Below, in pieces: positions 1-10,154 of a stretch of DNA of 64,000 nucleotides (positions within the stretch are counted from its first letter, which is position 1; every line of letters starts with the position of its first letter). Below the pieces are notes generated by a model. It had not been told where the DNA came from. It did no database searches and worked only from the letters and a program-made list of their open reading frames with translations. Position numbers and translations under genes: made by a program. The stretch is from an uncultured virus (IMG/VR IMGVR_UViG_3300025887_000015) (Duplodnaviria > Heunggongvirae > Uroviricota > Caudoviricetes), in IMG/VR virus record IMGVR_UViG_3300025887_000015, positions 1 through 64,000 of that record. One strand, given 5' to 3'.

Positions 1-2
1 TT

Positions 3-671
3 GGAGATAGAAAAGATGACCAAGATTTATTAACTAAAATAATAAATCAAGAAGATGGGTTAATCTTTGATATTGTCACTCATAAGTCTTCAACCGATTT
101 TGCATCACAATTAAACATTGGAGTTAAAAATTGTAAAACCAAATGGTTTGTTTTCTTAGAACAAGATGATGAATTGGGTGATATTTGGATTAGTAATGTT
201 ATTAAGTATAAAGAAGCCTATCCAAATGTTCAAATTTTCTTACCTATGATTCTAGATGTTGACCCAGTTGGTAATTTTTTAGGGTTTACTAATGAAGCTG
301 TATGGGCTTCACAATTCTCAGATGAAATGGGGGTTCTAGATAATGCTGCATTATTAAGATATCAAAATTTTAATATTGATGGTATGGCAATGTTAAAAGA
401 TGCTTATAAGGAATATGGTGGTATGAAAGAAAGTATAAAACTAAGTTTCATAAATGAATTCTTATTAAGATTCACATTTAAATCATGTAAAGTTATGGTT
501 ATTCCTAAATTAGGGTATAAACATATTAATAACAGGGAAGGTAGCCTATTTGACCAATACAAAAAAGAATTATCAATAGATGAATCTAGATGGTGGTTAT
601 CTTTAGCAAAAAAAGAATATTTTCATGTAAATGATAGAAATATTTCTTATGAAAAAATAGACAAATCTTAA
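3..671 (+). CDS. Glycosyltransferase family 2-like protein (5' truncated by window edge)
   Basis: The frame of ORF 174..671 is open back to nt 3 and reads ...QLNIGVKNCKTKWFVFLEQDDE..., matching the GT-A N-x-G...F-L-D/E-x-D-D signature. Confidence 0.7.
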   Translation, partial: GDRKDDQDLLTKIINQEDGLIFDIVTHKSSTDFASQLNIGVKNCKTKWFVFLEQDDELGDIWISNVIKYKEAYPNVQIFLPMILDVDPVGNFLGFTNEAVWASQFSDEMGVLDNAALLRYQNFNIDGMAMLKDAYKEYGGMKESIKLSFINEFLLRFTFKSCKVMVIPKLGYKHINNREGSLFDQYKKELSIDESRWWLSLAKKEYFHVNDRNISYEKIDKS

Positions 672-1411
672 TGACTAAAAAAAGAGGACGAAAAAGAACA
701 AATGGTTTATATTTCGGCCCCGAACAAGAAGCAGCTGTGGTTAGATTTTTAAATGAAGGTGATGAAATAGAAAGAAATCGAATTTATAATAAACATCTTA
801 GACATGCCTTTAATATAATGATTGAGTCTATTATTAGACGTTATAAATTATATAGAAAAGACTACTCTTTTGAGAATTTACACAGCGATACTCTCTCTTA
901 TCTTATCCTTAAAGCAGATAAATTCAAACCAGAAAAAGGTAAAAGAGCGTTTTCTTATTATGGGACTATATGTAAACATTACATTTTAGGTTTATTAATC
1001 AAAGATGATAAATACATTAACCAAACTGTAGATTTCCAAAAATCTTTAGGTAAGGTACATGAAAAAGATGAGTATGTATACCATTTATCAGAAACCGATT
1101 ATGGTTTAAGCGATTTAATTGATACTATGTGTGGGGAAATTCAAAACGAATTAGAGTTAGAAGGTATAGAGAAAAAGAAGATGACAGAAAATGAACGTAA
1201 AGTTGGTGAAGCGTTATTATATATCTTAGGTGATTGGGAAACTTTATTTGCAACTCTTAATAAGAGTTCCAAATTTAACAAGAATAGTATTCTTGGTACC
1301 ATTAGAGAATATACTGGATTAGTAACTAAAGATATTAGAATTGCTATGAGAAGGTATAAAACCATATATGAACTAACCAAAACAGATAAAATTGATAAGG
1401 GCTACTTATAA
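671..1411 (+). CDS. Phage sigma-factor-like protein (T4 gp55/late sigma-like)
   Basis: DKFKPEKGKRAFSYYGTICKHY resembles sigma region 2 (F-D/K-P...AFSY/F) of T4-like late sigma factors; 246 aa. Confidence 0.55.
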   Translation: MTKKRGRKRTNGLYFGPEQEAAVVRFLNEGDEIERNRIYNKHLRHAFNIMIESIIRRYKLYRKDYSFENLHSDTLSYLILKADKFKPEKGKRAFSYYGTICKHYILGLLIKDDKYINQTVDFQKSLGKVHEKDEYVYHLSETDYGLSDLIDTMCGEIQNELELEGIEKKKMTENERKVGEALLYILGDWETLFATLNKSSKFNKNSILGTIREYTGLVTKDIRIAMRRYKTIYELTKTDKIDKGYL

Positions 1412-1477
1412 ACCCTTATCAATTTTCTTATTATAACTAAAACTCTATTTTTACCTATTTATTATAAAACATAAGTT

Positions 1478-1843
1478 ATGCCAAGGAAAAAAAAACAATC
1501 AATAGAAATTAATAGTAATGATTCTTTACAAGGGTTATTACAAGAAGTTTATAATAATACGTGCACTCAAATTAATGACGCTCAAAAAGTAGTTAATGAA
1601 GTATCTGCTGGTTCAGACCCAGAAGATATTGATGATTGGGTAAAAGTAGCAAAAGCTAAAACTGATGCGCTAAAACTTAAAGATTCTGCAATCAAAACCA
1701 AATTAGATATTGGTAAACTACAAAATGAAATTATAAAACATAATGGTAGTATATCTTCAGCGATTAAAGAAAATCCAGAAGTTGTTAATAACCAAAGCTT
1801 TGCTAAAATTAGAGAATTGTTAAAAGAAAGAGACAATAAATAA
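1478..1843 (+). CDS. Hypothetical helical protein
   Basis: 121-aa ORF preceded by TATTTAT (1456-1462); first gene of a tightly packed operon. Confidence 0.6.
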   Translation: MPRKKKQSIEINSNDSLQGLLQEVYNNTCTQINDAQKVVNEVSAGSDPEDIDDWVKVAKAKTDALKLKDSAIKTKLDIGKLQNEIIKHNGSISSAIKENPEVVNNQSFAKIRELLKERDNK

Positions 1844-1849
1844 AAATAA

Positions 1850-3292
1850 ATGGATATTACTAAAGAAAAATCTGAAGTATTTGGTCAAATAGCCGCTTTA
1901 AGGGTTTCTTCAGAAGGATTCCCTAAATTTTCTATTTCTAATTCGTTACCTTCAATATCTCAATCACCAAATAGTCTAAATTTTTTAGTGGATTTGGCTA
2001 AAGCTCTTATTGGATTTGAATCGTTAAAAGAGACGCTTGTAGACGTTTTAACCCATAATCTGGATGATATAGAGCTTGAGATTAAAAAAGCTCTTAAATT
2101 GGCCTTAAAACAGCTCGTGAGTTGTGGTATTAACCCATCTCTACCTCAATCATTTATAGATGATGGTATTGATTTAGAATTAAGTAAAATAGATTTACTT
2201 GATATGTTTAAAGTTAATCCAATATCGGATGCTGGTAAACTTCTTTATAATGATGTTAACACAGGTACAAACAGTACAGATTTTAATACATTTTTATTTG
2301 AAGTCATTCAAGATAATGGTGGAACTAGTTCTTGGGGTACCCAAACTTTAAGTACAAGTATATTAGATGTTAAATTTAATCAAGAAGCTACCGATGTTAA
2401 TTTACCAAATAACATCGTTAATCTAAAACCTAATTCAGCTTATGCTTCTAATAAATTAACAGACTTCAACAATGATTATATTGATAGTATTAAACTATTA
2501 AACACTAATAAATTAATAAACTCTATCATTGAATCAATATTTGGTACAATTTCTTTAAAAGTAAATAAAAATAAGCGCACCATTGAAAACGAAATTAAAA
2601 TACAAGAAATAATTGATAGAATAATTAATGCTGATGATGATATAATTTTAGATGACAGTTATTTCCGATTTAGTAATCAAGAAATTTCTGAGATAGAATT
2701 TAAAAGTGAAATGAGAAGAAAAGGTATAATGATTGTGACTACATGTGATAATATAGAGTCAAGTATTTCATTTGAATCGTTAGCGGAAGTTGATGAAAAT
2801 TTAAATTCATTCAATGACCAAATAAATACACCAGAATTAATTGAGCAAAAAACAACAATAGTTAGGAACGCTCTAGATTCATTATCTAATGAATCAGCCA
2901 ATAACGTTAGTAATGGTGATAAATTTAGTATTCAATTAAACTTTATTGAAAGTATGTTGAAGACTATTATGAATGCAATCGTAGGTGTTATTTTATCACC
3001 AAAATTGATTGCTATTTTAGCATTAAATCATACCATTATTTATGGGTCAACATTTGATAATGTTGAAGACTTTATGAAAAAGAATAAGATATTGTTAACA
3101 ACAGTCTTAAAAAGTGTCCGTGAAGCGGTGGTATCAATAATTTTAGAAAGAGTTTTAAGAGAAGTTAGAACATTAGTTTCTGAAAATATAATAAAAACTC
3201 AAATAGAAAGGGTGAAAGGTCAGAAAGCTCAATTAGCGAGTCTTGTTGGTTCATCAACAGATATATTAAGAGGTGTATCTGGATTAATATAA
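1850..3292 (+). CDS. Hypothetical protein, probably virion/baseplate associated
   Basis: 480-aa ORF in an operon with the gp5-like gene. Confidence 0.55.
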   Translation: MDITKEKSEVFGQIAALRVSSEGFPKFSISNSLPSISQSPNSLNFLVDLAKALIGFESLKETLVDVLTHNLDDIELEIKKALKLALKQLVSCGINPSLPQSFIDDGIDLELSKIDLLDMFKVNPISDAGKLLYNDVNTGTNSTDFNTFLFEVIQDNGGTSSWGTQTLSTSILDVKFNQEATDVNLPNNIVNLKPNSAYASNKLTDFNNDYIDSIKLLNTNKLINSIIESIFGTISLKVNKNKRTIENEIKIQEIIDRIINADDDIILDDSYFRFSNQEISEIEFKSEMRRKGIMIVTTCDNIESSISFESLAEVDENLNSFNDQINTPELIEQKTTIVRNALDSLSNESANNVSNGDKFSIQLNFIESMLKTIMNAIVGVILSPKLIAILALNHTIIYGSTFDNVEDFMKKNKILLTTVLKSVREAVVSIILERVLREVRTLVSENIIKTQIERVKGQKAQLASLVGSSTDILRGVSGLI

Positions 3293-3298
3293 AATAAT

Positions 3299-3703
3299 AT
3301 GGCAAATGTAAGTTCAATGACAAAAGTAATTAATAGCCTTAAAGCGGCTTTTAATGTTCCTAGAACTCCAATTACTCAATTACCACCACAATTATTAGTG
3401 GTTGGTGCTAATTTAAGACCTGGTTTAAGTGCTAGGAATATAGCATCTAGGGTTATTGCTAGACAAACTGAAGCTGGTGCACCAGCGGGTGACATTTTTT
3501 CTGAAAATAGTAATATTATGGAATCAATGATGGTTATCATGGCTGAAGAAATTATAAGTGCATTACAATTAGAAGCTAAAATAGAAATAGCAATTCCACC
3601 TGGTGTTCAGGTAATAACAACTGGGGTTGGTAATTTAGGTGGGCCTATTATAAGTCAAGGTGTGACAAGTAATATTGCATCTGGTAATGGAGTAATAAGA
3701 TAA
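3299..3703 (+). CDS. Hypothetical protein (probable virion component)
   Basis: 134-aa ORF with a Gly-rich beta C-terminus, in the operon context. Confidence 0.5.
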   Translation: MANVSSMTKVINSLKAAFNVPRTPITQLPPQLLVVGANLRPGLSARNIASRVIARQTEAGAPAGDIFSENSNIMESMMVIMAEEIISALQLEAKIEIAIPPGVQVITTGVGNLGGPIISQGVTSNIASGNGVIR

Positions 3704-3705
3704 TT

Positions 3706-3900
3706 ATGAATTGGGAAGAAAAAACAAATAACGAAATCATTAACGCTCAAATCGAAATGAATGAAAAGTATGAAGCAACCAAAAATGAAATCGCTGCACT
3801 TTCAACTAGAATTGAAAAGTTAATGAAAGAATTAGATGAAATGGATATTCAATATCTTGAATCTAAAAAAGTATTAAACGCAAGATTAAGCTATAGGTAA
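3706..3900 (+). CDS. Small coiled-coil protein
   Basis: 64 aa; its stop overlaps the next ATG (TAATG). Confidence 0.55.
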   Translation: MNWEEKTNNEIINAQIEMNEKYEATKNEIAALSTRIEKLMKELDEMDIQYLESKKVLNARLSYR

Positions 3901-4841
3901 TGAGTAAATACGCATTTGGTGGAACAAGTATATATAATAGAGGTGCTGGCCGTAGGTTAGAAACCACAGTATTTTATTATGCTAAGGTTGTATCTAATCA
4001 AGATGAATTAGGTGCTAGTAGGATTAAAGTTAGAATTATTGGTGTTGATGATGCCGTGGCTTTAAATGACCTTCCATACGCATTCCCAATGGTTCAAAAA
4101 CTATTACATGTTATACCAAAGGTTAATGAAACAGTATTAATATTCCTTCCTGACGTTAAAAACCCTAACATTGATAGAATGTATATGGGTCCTATTATTT
4201 CACAACCACAATTTATATATAAAGATAGTGAAATATTTTCTGCCAAATCAACATTAGGTAGTGGTATTAGAGAAGCACAACCATCTCCATTTACAATACC
4301 TGAAAATAAAGGTGTATACCCTAATATTGAAGATATTGCGTTACAAGGTAGAGATAATTCTGATATCATTCTTAAAGAAAAACAAGTTCTAATTAGAGCT
4401 GGTCAATTTGATAGTAGTGTATCAAAAGGTGAAATTCCTAAATTTAATAAGGTTAATCCATCATATATTCAAATAAAACATGATGTTACTTTAAAACCAG
4501 CAACCGAATCTACAAGTGCTGAAATCGGTGGTGTAATTAATCTTGTTAGTAATAAAATTAATTTACTAACACATAAAAACGGTAGTCCTAGATTCGTATT
4601 GAATAATCAAAATGATACGATAACAGATACAGAAATTCAAAAGATAGTTAAAGATGCTCACCCTTTGGTGTTTGGTGATGAATTAATAGAATTCTTACAA
4701 GTTTTAATTGAAGCATTTATAAATCACATACATGCTTATCCAGGTCTTAAACCACAAGACGCTTCTGGTGCCAATGATATTGATAGATTATTAGAATATG
4801 ATTTACAATCATTCTTATCTAAAAATATCAAAATTAACTAA
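3900..4841 (+). CDS. Baseplate hub/central spike protein (gp5/gpV-like OB-fold)
   Basis: N-terminal AKVVSNQDELGASRIKVRI...VIPKVNETVLI is typical of the gp5/VgrG OB fold; C-terminal HxH (HIH) resembles the spike-tip metal motif. Confidence 0.7.
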   Translation: MSKYAFGGTSIYNRGAGRRLETTVFYYAKVVSNQDELGASRIKVRIIGVDDAVALNDLPYAFPMVQKLLHVIPKVNETVLIFLPDVKNPNIDRMYMGPIISQPQFIYKDSEIFSAKSTLGSGIREAQPSPFTIPENKGVYPNIEDIALQGRDNSDIILKEKQVLIRAGQFDSSVSKGEIPKFNKVNPSYIQIKHDVTLKPATESTSAEIGGVINLVSNKINLLTHKNGSPRFVLNNQNDTITDTEIQKIVKDAHPLVFGDELIEFLQVLIEAFINHIHAYPGLKPQDASGANDIDRLLEYDLQSFLSKNIKIN

Positions 4842-4873
4842 AAAAATAGATATTTATAAATAAAACAAATACC

Positions 4874-6295
4874 ATGGTAATCAGAACCTACTTTGACCGA
4901 AATAACACTATTGTCTATAATAGAGCCGAAAACACGGGTAAAAACCCTGTTGCTGAATTATTCTATGGTGGTAGTTATGAGGCTAATACACCTTTATTCA
5001 CAAGATATATATTTCAATTCGATGTACAAAGAATAATCGATTTAAGAGCTAAGGGTATGTACCCTGATTTAAGTAAATTAAAACATACTTTAAGAATGAC
5101 CAATACTGGTACATTCGATGCATCATTGTTAGGGCAACAAACTGGTGATGGTAAAGATAGAACTTCATCATTTGATTTAAATTTATTCCCAGTTAACCAA
5201 GATTGGGATGAAGGTATTGGTTACGACTTCGCTGGTCAAAAATTCTTTTCATCTAGTGATGCAACCGTAATTAGTACTAACCCATCAAACTGGTTAGAAG
5301 CTAGAACTGGTGATAGTTGGAGTGAAGGTGCTGGTATATTTAGCGCATGGACTGGAACAACAATTCTTAAAACTCAAAGTTTTGAAGATGGAACTGAAAA
5401 TCTTGAAATGAACATTACTGATATCGTTAATGGTTACTTAACTGGTGATACAAATTATGGCTTAGGATTGGCATTTGATGAAACCCTTGAAGATTCAATC
5501 AAAGATAATTTAAAGTATGTTGGGTTTTTTACTAGACATACACAAACATTCTACGAACCATACGTTGAAAGTGTTTATGAAAGTTCAATTCAAGATGATA
5601 GGGCTGATTTCTATTTAGATAAATTAAATAAACTTTATTTATATATAAACGTGGGTGGTGTACCTTGTGATGTTGATACATTTTCAGGTATGAGTGTAAA
5701 TATATTAGATAATTTAGGTGAAACATTCTCAGCCTATACATCTTCAGATATTACCCATGAGGCTTCTGGTGTATATTCAATAGAATTATTAGTGCCAACA
5801 ACTGATGTGGGTTGTGTATTATACGAAGACGTTTGGTCTGGTATAGTAATTAAGGGTGTAACTCGTCCAGATATTGAATTAGAATTTGAATTGAAAGATT
5901 CAAACGAATACTACAACATTGGTGCCGATGCTTCAACACCAAAAGATTATAAATTTAATGTGTCTGGAATTAAAAATGGTGAAAGAATTAAACGTGGTGA
6001 TGTTAGGAAAATTAGAATAAATGCAAAAGTACCTTACACAACTAATGACCAAGAAGTTCTTAATTCTTTAGAATATAGATTATATGTTAAAGAAGGTCAA
6101 GCTGAATATTCAGTTGTTGATTATCAACCAGTTAATAAAGCATTCAATTATAATTATTTTCTTTTAGATACAGAAAGTTTATTACCTTCTGAATACTTTT
6201 TAGATATTAAAGCAACTTCAAATTCGGAAGTTAAAACTACCAAAAATGTGATTAGTTTTTCTATCACTTCTCAGGTAGATGAAAGAAAAGGTTAA
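4874..6295 (+). CDS. Probable virion structural protein (beta-rich, DNRLRE-like N-terminus)
   Basis: 473 aa, Thr/Gly/Trp-rich (QDWDEG, SNW); preceded by the ATATTTAT late-type motif at 4850. Confidence 0.5.
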   Translation: MVIRTYFDRNNTIVYNRAENTGKNPVAELFYGGSYEANTPLFTRYIFQFDVQRIIDLRAKGMYPDLSKLKHTLRMTNTGTFDASLLGQQTGDGKDRTSSFDLNLFPVNQDWDEGIGYDFAGQKFFSSSDATVISTNPSNWLEARTGDSWSEGAGIFSAWTGTTILKTQSFEDGTENLEMNITDIVNGYLTGDTNYGLGLAFDETLEDSIKDNLKYVGFFTRHTQTFYEPYVESVYESSIQDDRADFYLDKLNKLYLYINVGGVPCDVDTFSGMSVNILDNLGETFSAYTSSDITHEASGVYSIELLVPTTDVGCVLYEDVWSGIVIKGVTRPDIELEFELKDSNEYYNIGADASTPKDYKFNVSGIKNGERIKRGDVRKIRINAKVPYTTNDQEVLNSLEYRLYVKEGQAEYSVVDYQPVNKAFNYNYFLLDTESLLPSEYFLDIKATSNSEVKTTKNVISFSITSQVDERKG

Positions 6296-6354
6296 TTTTA
6301 CTTGACATTTTTTATATTTTCCGTATATTTATATTAACGTGATTAAACTATTAC

Positions 6355-6416
6355 GTGTTAGTCTTGAGTCGATTTACGACTTTTGAGTTATCAGATGGTA
6401 ACAAAAATATTAGCAC
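6355..6416 (+). ncRNA. Putative structured 5' leader (three-way junction)
   Basis: P1 GUGUUAGU(6355-62)/AUUAGCAC(6409-16); P2 GAGUCG/CGACUU; P3 GUUAUC/GGUAAC. Confidence 0.45.
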
Positions 6417-6440
6417 ATTAATTATTAAAATTAAAAAGTA

Positions 6441-7352
6441 ATGACAATTAAGAAAATTTCGGATAAAAATCCGACAGCTAATCTTGCTATTAATAAAAGT
6501 AGGATTAAAAAGTATGGGAAGAACAAGAGTATTCCTTCATACTATCTAGAAAAAGGGAGTGAATTCCAAATCGAATTGTACAATCCAACTCAGGATAAAG
6601 TACTTACAACAATCAAATTAAATAATAAACCAATTTCAGGTGGCTTAATTTTAAGACCAGGTGAACGTGTATTCCTTGATAGGTTCTTAGATTCAAATAA
6701 AAAGTTTCTATTCGATACCTATAAAGTAGATAATACCAAGTCTGCTAAGAAAGCTATTGAACCTAACGGTGATGTGGAAATCGCATTCTTTAAAGAAATA
6801 GTAATACCAGAACCAGATTTTTTAATGGGTGGTTCAGGAACTGTGACTTTAGATTGGACATCGGGGGATTATAATATTAATGGCAATTTAACAACAACTA
6901 ACGCTAATTTTGTTGATTCATCAACGGGTAACTATAATGCCTACTCGAATTTAAATATTAATGAAGATATGTTTATTCCGTCTAGAAGTGAAACAACACT
7001 TACAACAACGGGGGGTGTTGGGATAGGAACAACAAATACAAGTCAATCACTTAGGGGTGCAAAATTAGATGAATCTAAATTGCAAGGTAAATTAAATAAA
7101 TCCTTAAAGAGTAAATCTAAAACTCCGACAACTATCGAAACTGGTAGGGTTGAGAAAGGTTCAAAATCAGACCAAAGATTATGTGAAGGTACAGGTGAAT
7201 TTGAATTAACATCATTTCATGTATTAAGGTATAAATTATTTCCTAAATCGGAACAACAATTAAGTGCTAAAGATTACTACACAAAGTATTGTGGTGGTTG
7301 TGGTGCTAAATGTAAAACAAAGTTTTGTTCATACTGTGGAGCAAAGCAATAA
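6441..7352 (+). CDS. Hypothetical protein with C-terminal zinc ribbon
   Basis: 303 aa; ends YCGGCG...FCSYCGAKQ; low-complexity Thr-rich linker. Confidence 0.65.
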   Translation: MTIKKISDKNPTANLAINKSRIKKYGKNKSIPSYYLEKGSEFQIELYNPTQDKVLTTIKLNNKPISGGLILRPGERVFLDRFLDSNKKFLFDTYKVDNTKSAKKAIEPNGDVEIAFFKEIVIPEPDFLMGGSGTVTLDWTSGDYNINGNLTTTNANFVDSSTGNYNAYSNLNINEDMFIPSRSETTLTTTGGVGIGTTNTSQSLRGAKLDESKLQGKLNKSLKSKSKTPTTIETGRVEKGSKSDQRLCEGTGEFELTSFHVLRYKLFPKSEQQLSAKDYYTKYCGGCGAKCKTKFCSYCGAKQ

Positions 7353-7461
7353 ATAACTATTAGTTTAATCACGTATTTAATAACTAATTCAATATTGTCT
7401 TGTTTAATTAAAAAAAAATAGTATATTAACAGGGAATATTAAACCTTAAAAATTTTATAAA

Positions 7462-8133
7462 ATGAAAAAAATCACAAATGTAATTATTGTAGATGCATCA
7501 GGAAGTATGCATTCAAAAACAAAACAAGTTAAAGATGGTTTAACTGAAATTCTTCAAGATATTCGTAAGGATATGAAAGAGAATAAAGATGAAGCTAAAA
7601 TAAGAACAATTCTAGTCCAATTCTCTAGCCAAGGTTGGTCAATAAACGAAGGTTGGTTTGAAGTATTATTAGATACTAAGAAAAGAAAAAATGTAACTCT
7701 TGATTGTGTTGAAAGTTATAAAGCAAATGGTGGTACGGCATTATTTGATGCTATCGGTAAATCTTTTGCAATGGTAGGTAAAAAACAAGATGGGGTATTT
7801 GTTAGTATCTTAACTGATGGTGAGGAAAATTCTTCTAAAGAGTTTACTCAAAAAGATATTAAAAAATTACTAAAGAAAGTCGATAAGAAAAAATGGGGTG
7901 TTACTTTTATGGGCACAACAGAAGAGGCCGTTAAAGCTGCCCAATCTTGGGGTGTTGCAGCATCAAACACTTTAACCTATACCGATTCAGCCGAAGGAAC
8001 TGAAATTGCAAATGTAAGTAGAAATTTTTCCAAACAAATGTACTTTTCAAGTGTAATGGAAGGGGAGGCGAAAACTCGTGGATTAGTTTCAGATTCTGTT
8101 GAAGAAGATGTGGAAGTAGATGATAATATCTAA
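7462..8133 (+). CDS. von Willebrand factor A (vWA) domain protein
   Basis: MIDAS motif DASGSM, GGTALFDAI, ILTDGEENSS. Confidence 0.85.
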   Translation: MKKITNVIIVDASGSMHSKTKQVKDGLTEILQDIRKDMKENKDEAKIRTILVQFSSQGWSINEGWFEVLLDTKKRKNVTLDCVESYKANGGTALFDAIGKSFAMVGKKQDGVFVSILTDGEENSSKEFTQKDIKKLLKKVDKKKWGVTFMGTTEEAVKAAQSWGVAASNTLTYTDSAEGTEIANVSRNFSKQMYFSSVMEGEAKTRGLVSDSVEEDVEVDDNI

Positions 8134-8205
8134 TTAATTAATTAATTATTAGAAATTTAAATGGGAAAATTTGTTTTTTCCCATTTTTTTTTGTACATTT
8201 GCTAC

Positions 8206-8535
8206 ATGGATAAAATAACATCTGAAGAAGAAAAATTTATTGATAAAATAAATGAAAATTTTAATTATTTCATTAAGGCTATTCCCTTTGTGGAAATCAA
8301 TGATGATATTTCTGGTACAACACATAAGTTGAGATGTTCTATAGATGTAGGTACTGAGGAATATTCAATAGCTGAAATTCTTTTTGAATTACAATGGTTA
8401 TTACATCGTGCTAAAGAAAGAACAGAAAGGAATATTCTTAAATTAATTGTATCTAATTTAATTTTAACACCTGAAATCCCTAATAGTACTTTTAGGAGGG
8501 GTTTAATTATCAAAATAAAATATGAAAGAGAATAA
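8206..8535 (+). CDS. Hypothetical protein (start moved to ATG 8206)
   Basis: ATG lies 4 nt after the TACATTTG promoter box; the upstream extension is promoter sequence. Confidence 0.5.
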   Translation: MDKITSEEEKFIDKINENFNYFIKAIPFVEINDDISGTTHKLRCSIDVGTEEYSIAEILFELQWLLHRAKERTERNILKLIVSNLILTPEIPNSTFRRGLIIKIKYERE

Positions 8536-9583
8536 TATATTGATTACTGGTGGTGCTGGATTTATAGGTTCACACGTTGTGAATCATTTTATGGATAAAT
8601 ACCCTAACTATAGAATAGTTGTAATGGATTCATTAACCTATGCATCAAATTATGACAACGTGAACGGTTTGGAAATGGGTGTTCATGGTGGACCTCGCTT
8701 CTGGTTTAATGAACGAGTAGAGTTTGTTAAAGTTGATATTAGAAAAGAAAATTTAATTAATGAAGTTTTTAATTATTTTAAAATAACCGATATAATTCAC
8801 TTAGCAGCTGAATCCCATGTAGATAATTCAATTAATAACCCTAATATATTTGCTCAAACAAATGTACTTGGGACTCTTAACTTATTAAATGTTGCAAAGA
8901 ACGTTTGGGGTGAGAATTCACCCAATAGATTCTACCATATTTCAACCGATGAAGTTTATGGTGATTTAAAGCTCGGAGACGCACCATTTACAGAACAGAC
9001 TCCCTACAACCCTTCTTCACCTTATAGTGCCTCTAAAGCAGCCTCAGACCATTTTGTGAGGGCATACGCACGTACATACGGGATGAATTGTGTAATATCT
9101 AACTGTTCTAACAATTATGGGCCACATCAGCACGATGAAAAACTAATCCCTACGGTTATTAGAAAACTTGTTAATGGTGAAAAGATACCAGTTTATGGTA
9201 CTGGTGAAAATGTAAGAGATTGGTTATGGGTTGGTGACCATGTAAAAGCCATTGACGAAATATTTCATAATGGTAAAAAAGGTCACACTTACAATGTTGG
9301 TGGTGATAATGAAATGACCAATATTGATATAATTCATAAAATATGTGAATTATTTTATAATACGTATACTTACGCAGAATCACCAATCACACATTTACCA
9401 CCATTCCCTATTCAATATGTTACTGATAGAAAGGGTCATGATTTAAGATATGCCGTCAATTCTAATTACCTACAAACAAACCTTAATTGGAAACCAGAAA
9501 AGAATTTTGAGGAAGGTATATTAGAAACAATAAAATATTACGTAATAAAGTATAAAGGAAATATTAAGAATTACAAAAAATAA
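8522..9583 (+). CDS. rfbB: dTDP-glucose 4,6-dehydratase
   Basis: TGGAGFIG, HLAAESHVD, HISTDEVYG, YSASK, NCSNNYGP, RDWLWV, DRKGHDLRYA. Confidence 0.93.
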   Translation: MKENNILITGGAGFIGSHVVNHFMDKYPNYRIVVMDSLTYASNYDNVNGLEMGVHGGPRFWFNERVEFVKVDIRKENLINEVFNYFKITDIIHLAAESHVDNSINNPNIFAQTNVLGTLNLLNVAKNVWGENSPNRFYHISTDEVYGDLKLGDAPFTEQTPYNPSSPYSASKAASDHFVRAYARTYGMNCVISNCSNNYGPHQHDEKLIPTVIRKLVNGEKIPVYGTGENVRDWLWVGDHVKAIDEIFHNGKKGHTYNVGGDNEMTNIDIIHKICELFYNTYTYAESPITHLPPFPIQYVTDRKGHDLRYAVNSNYLQTNLNWKPEKNFEEGILETIKYYVIKYKGNIKNYKK

Positions 9584-9587
9584 ATAA

Positions 9588-9806
9588 ATGGGAACAAAGA
9601 AATTTAGACCAAAAATAACGGAATTAGATAAAATAACAGTAAATGATGGTGATATTTTTGAAATTTTAGAAGTTTTCGATTTTAGATTTTATATAAGTGA
9701 TGAAATGAAACATTATTTAACAACTGATTTAAAGGGTGAGTTTGTTTCATTATATGTAGATAGTTTTAAAGATGAATTTATTAAAAAATTTTTAAATGAA
9801 AATTAA
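9588..9806 (+). CDS. Hypothetical protein
   Basis: 72-aa ORF in a packed operon. Confidence 0.5.
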   Translation: MGTKKFRPKITELDKITVNDGDIFEILEVFDFRFYISDEMKHYLTTDLKGEFVSLYVDSFKDEFIKKFLNEN

Positions 9807-9948
9807 TGAAATGTCATTGGAAGAAGTAACCCTTGAATTAAAGAGGGCTAAATTCTGGGTTGAAACGAATCCAATACGAAAGTCATTAGATTTGATTAAT
9901 AAAATGGAAAATAGAAAATTAGAATTAATTAATAAAAATTTAAAATAA
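9796..9948 (+). CDS. Hypothetical 50-aa protein (below ORF-track cutoff)
   Basis: MKINEMSLEE...NKNLK*; fills the gap, with TAATG coupling to the next ORF. Confidence 0.45.
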   Translation: MKINEMSLEEVTLELKRAKFWVETNPIRKSLDLINKMENRKLELINKNLK

Positions 9949-10154
9949 TGTGTATTTCAGATTTAGATAAAGTTAGTGGGCGAGAGTTAAGAAAATGTGT
10001 ACATGAAATAACAGACTTTTTATATAAGGAAAGTGAAGGGTTTAATGACTGGTACATGACATTAAACTTAAAAGAAGAAAAATTATTGGATGATAAATTA
10101 TTTAACATCCTTAATCGAAGAATAAATAAACATAAATTTAAAAAAGATGAGTAA
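9948..10154 (+). CDS. Hypothetical protein
   Basis: 68 aa, overlapping neighbours. Confidence 0.5.
   Translation: MCISDLDKVSGRELRKCVHEITDFLYKESEGFNDWYMTLNLKEEKLLDDKLFNILNRRINKHKFKKDE

Larger units (their letters stand above)
6337..7374. repeat. 14-bp perfect inverted repeat bracketing ORF 6441..7352
   Basis: ACGTGATTAAACTA (6337-6350) and its reverse complement TAGTTTAATCACGT (7361-7374). Confidence 0.8.
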
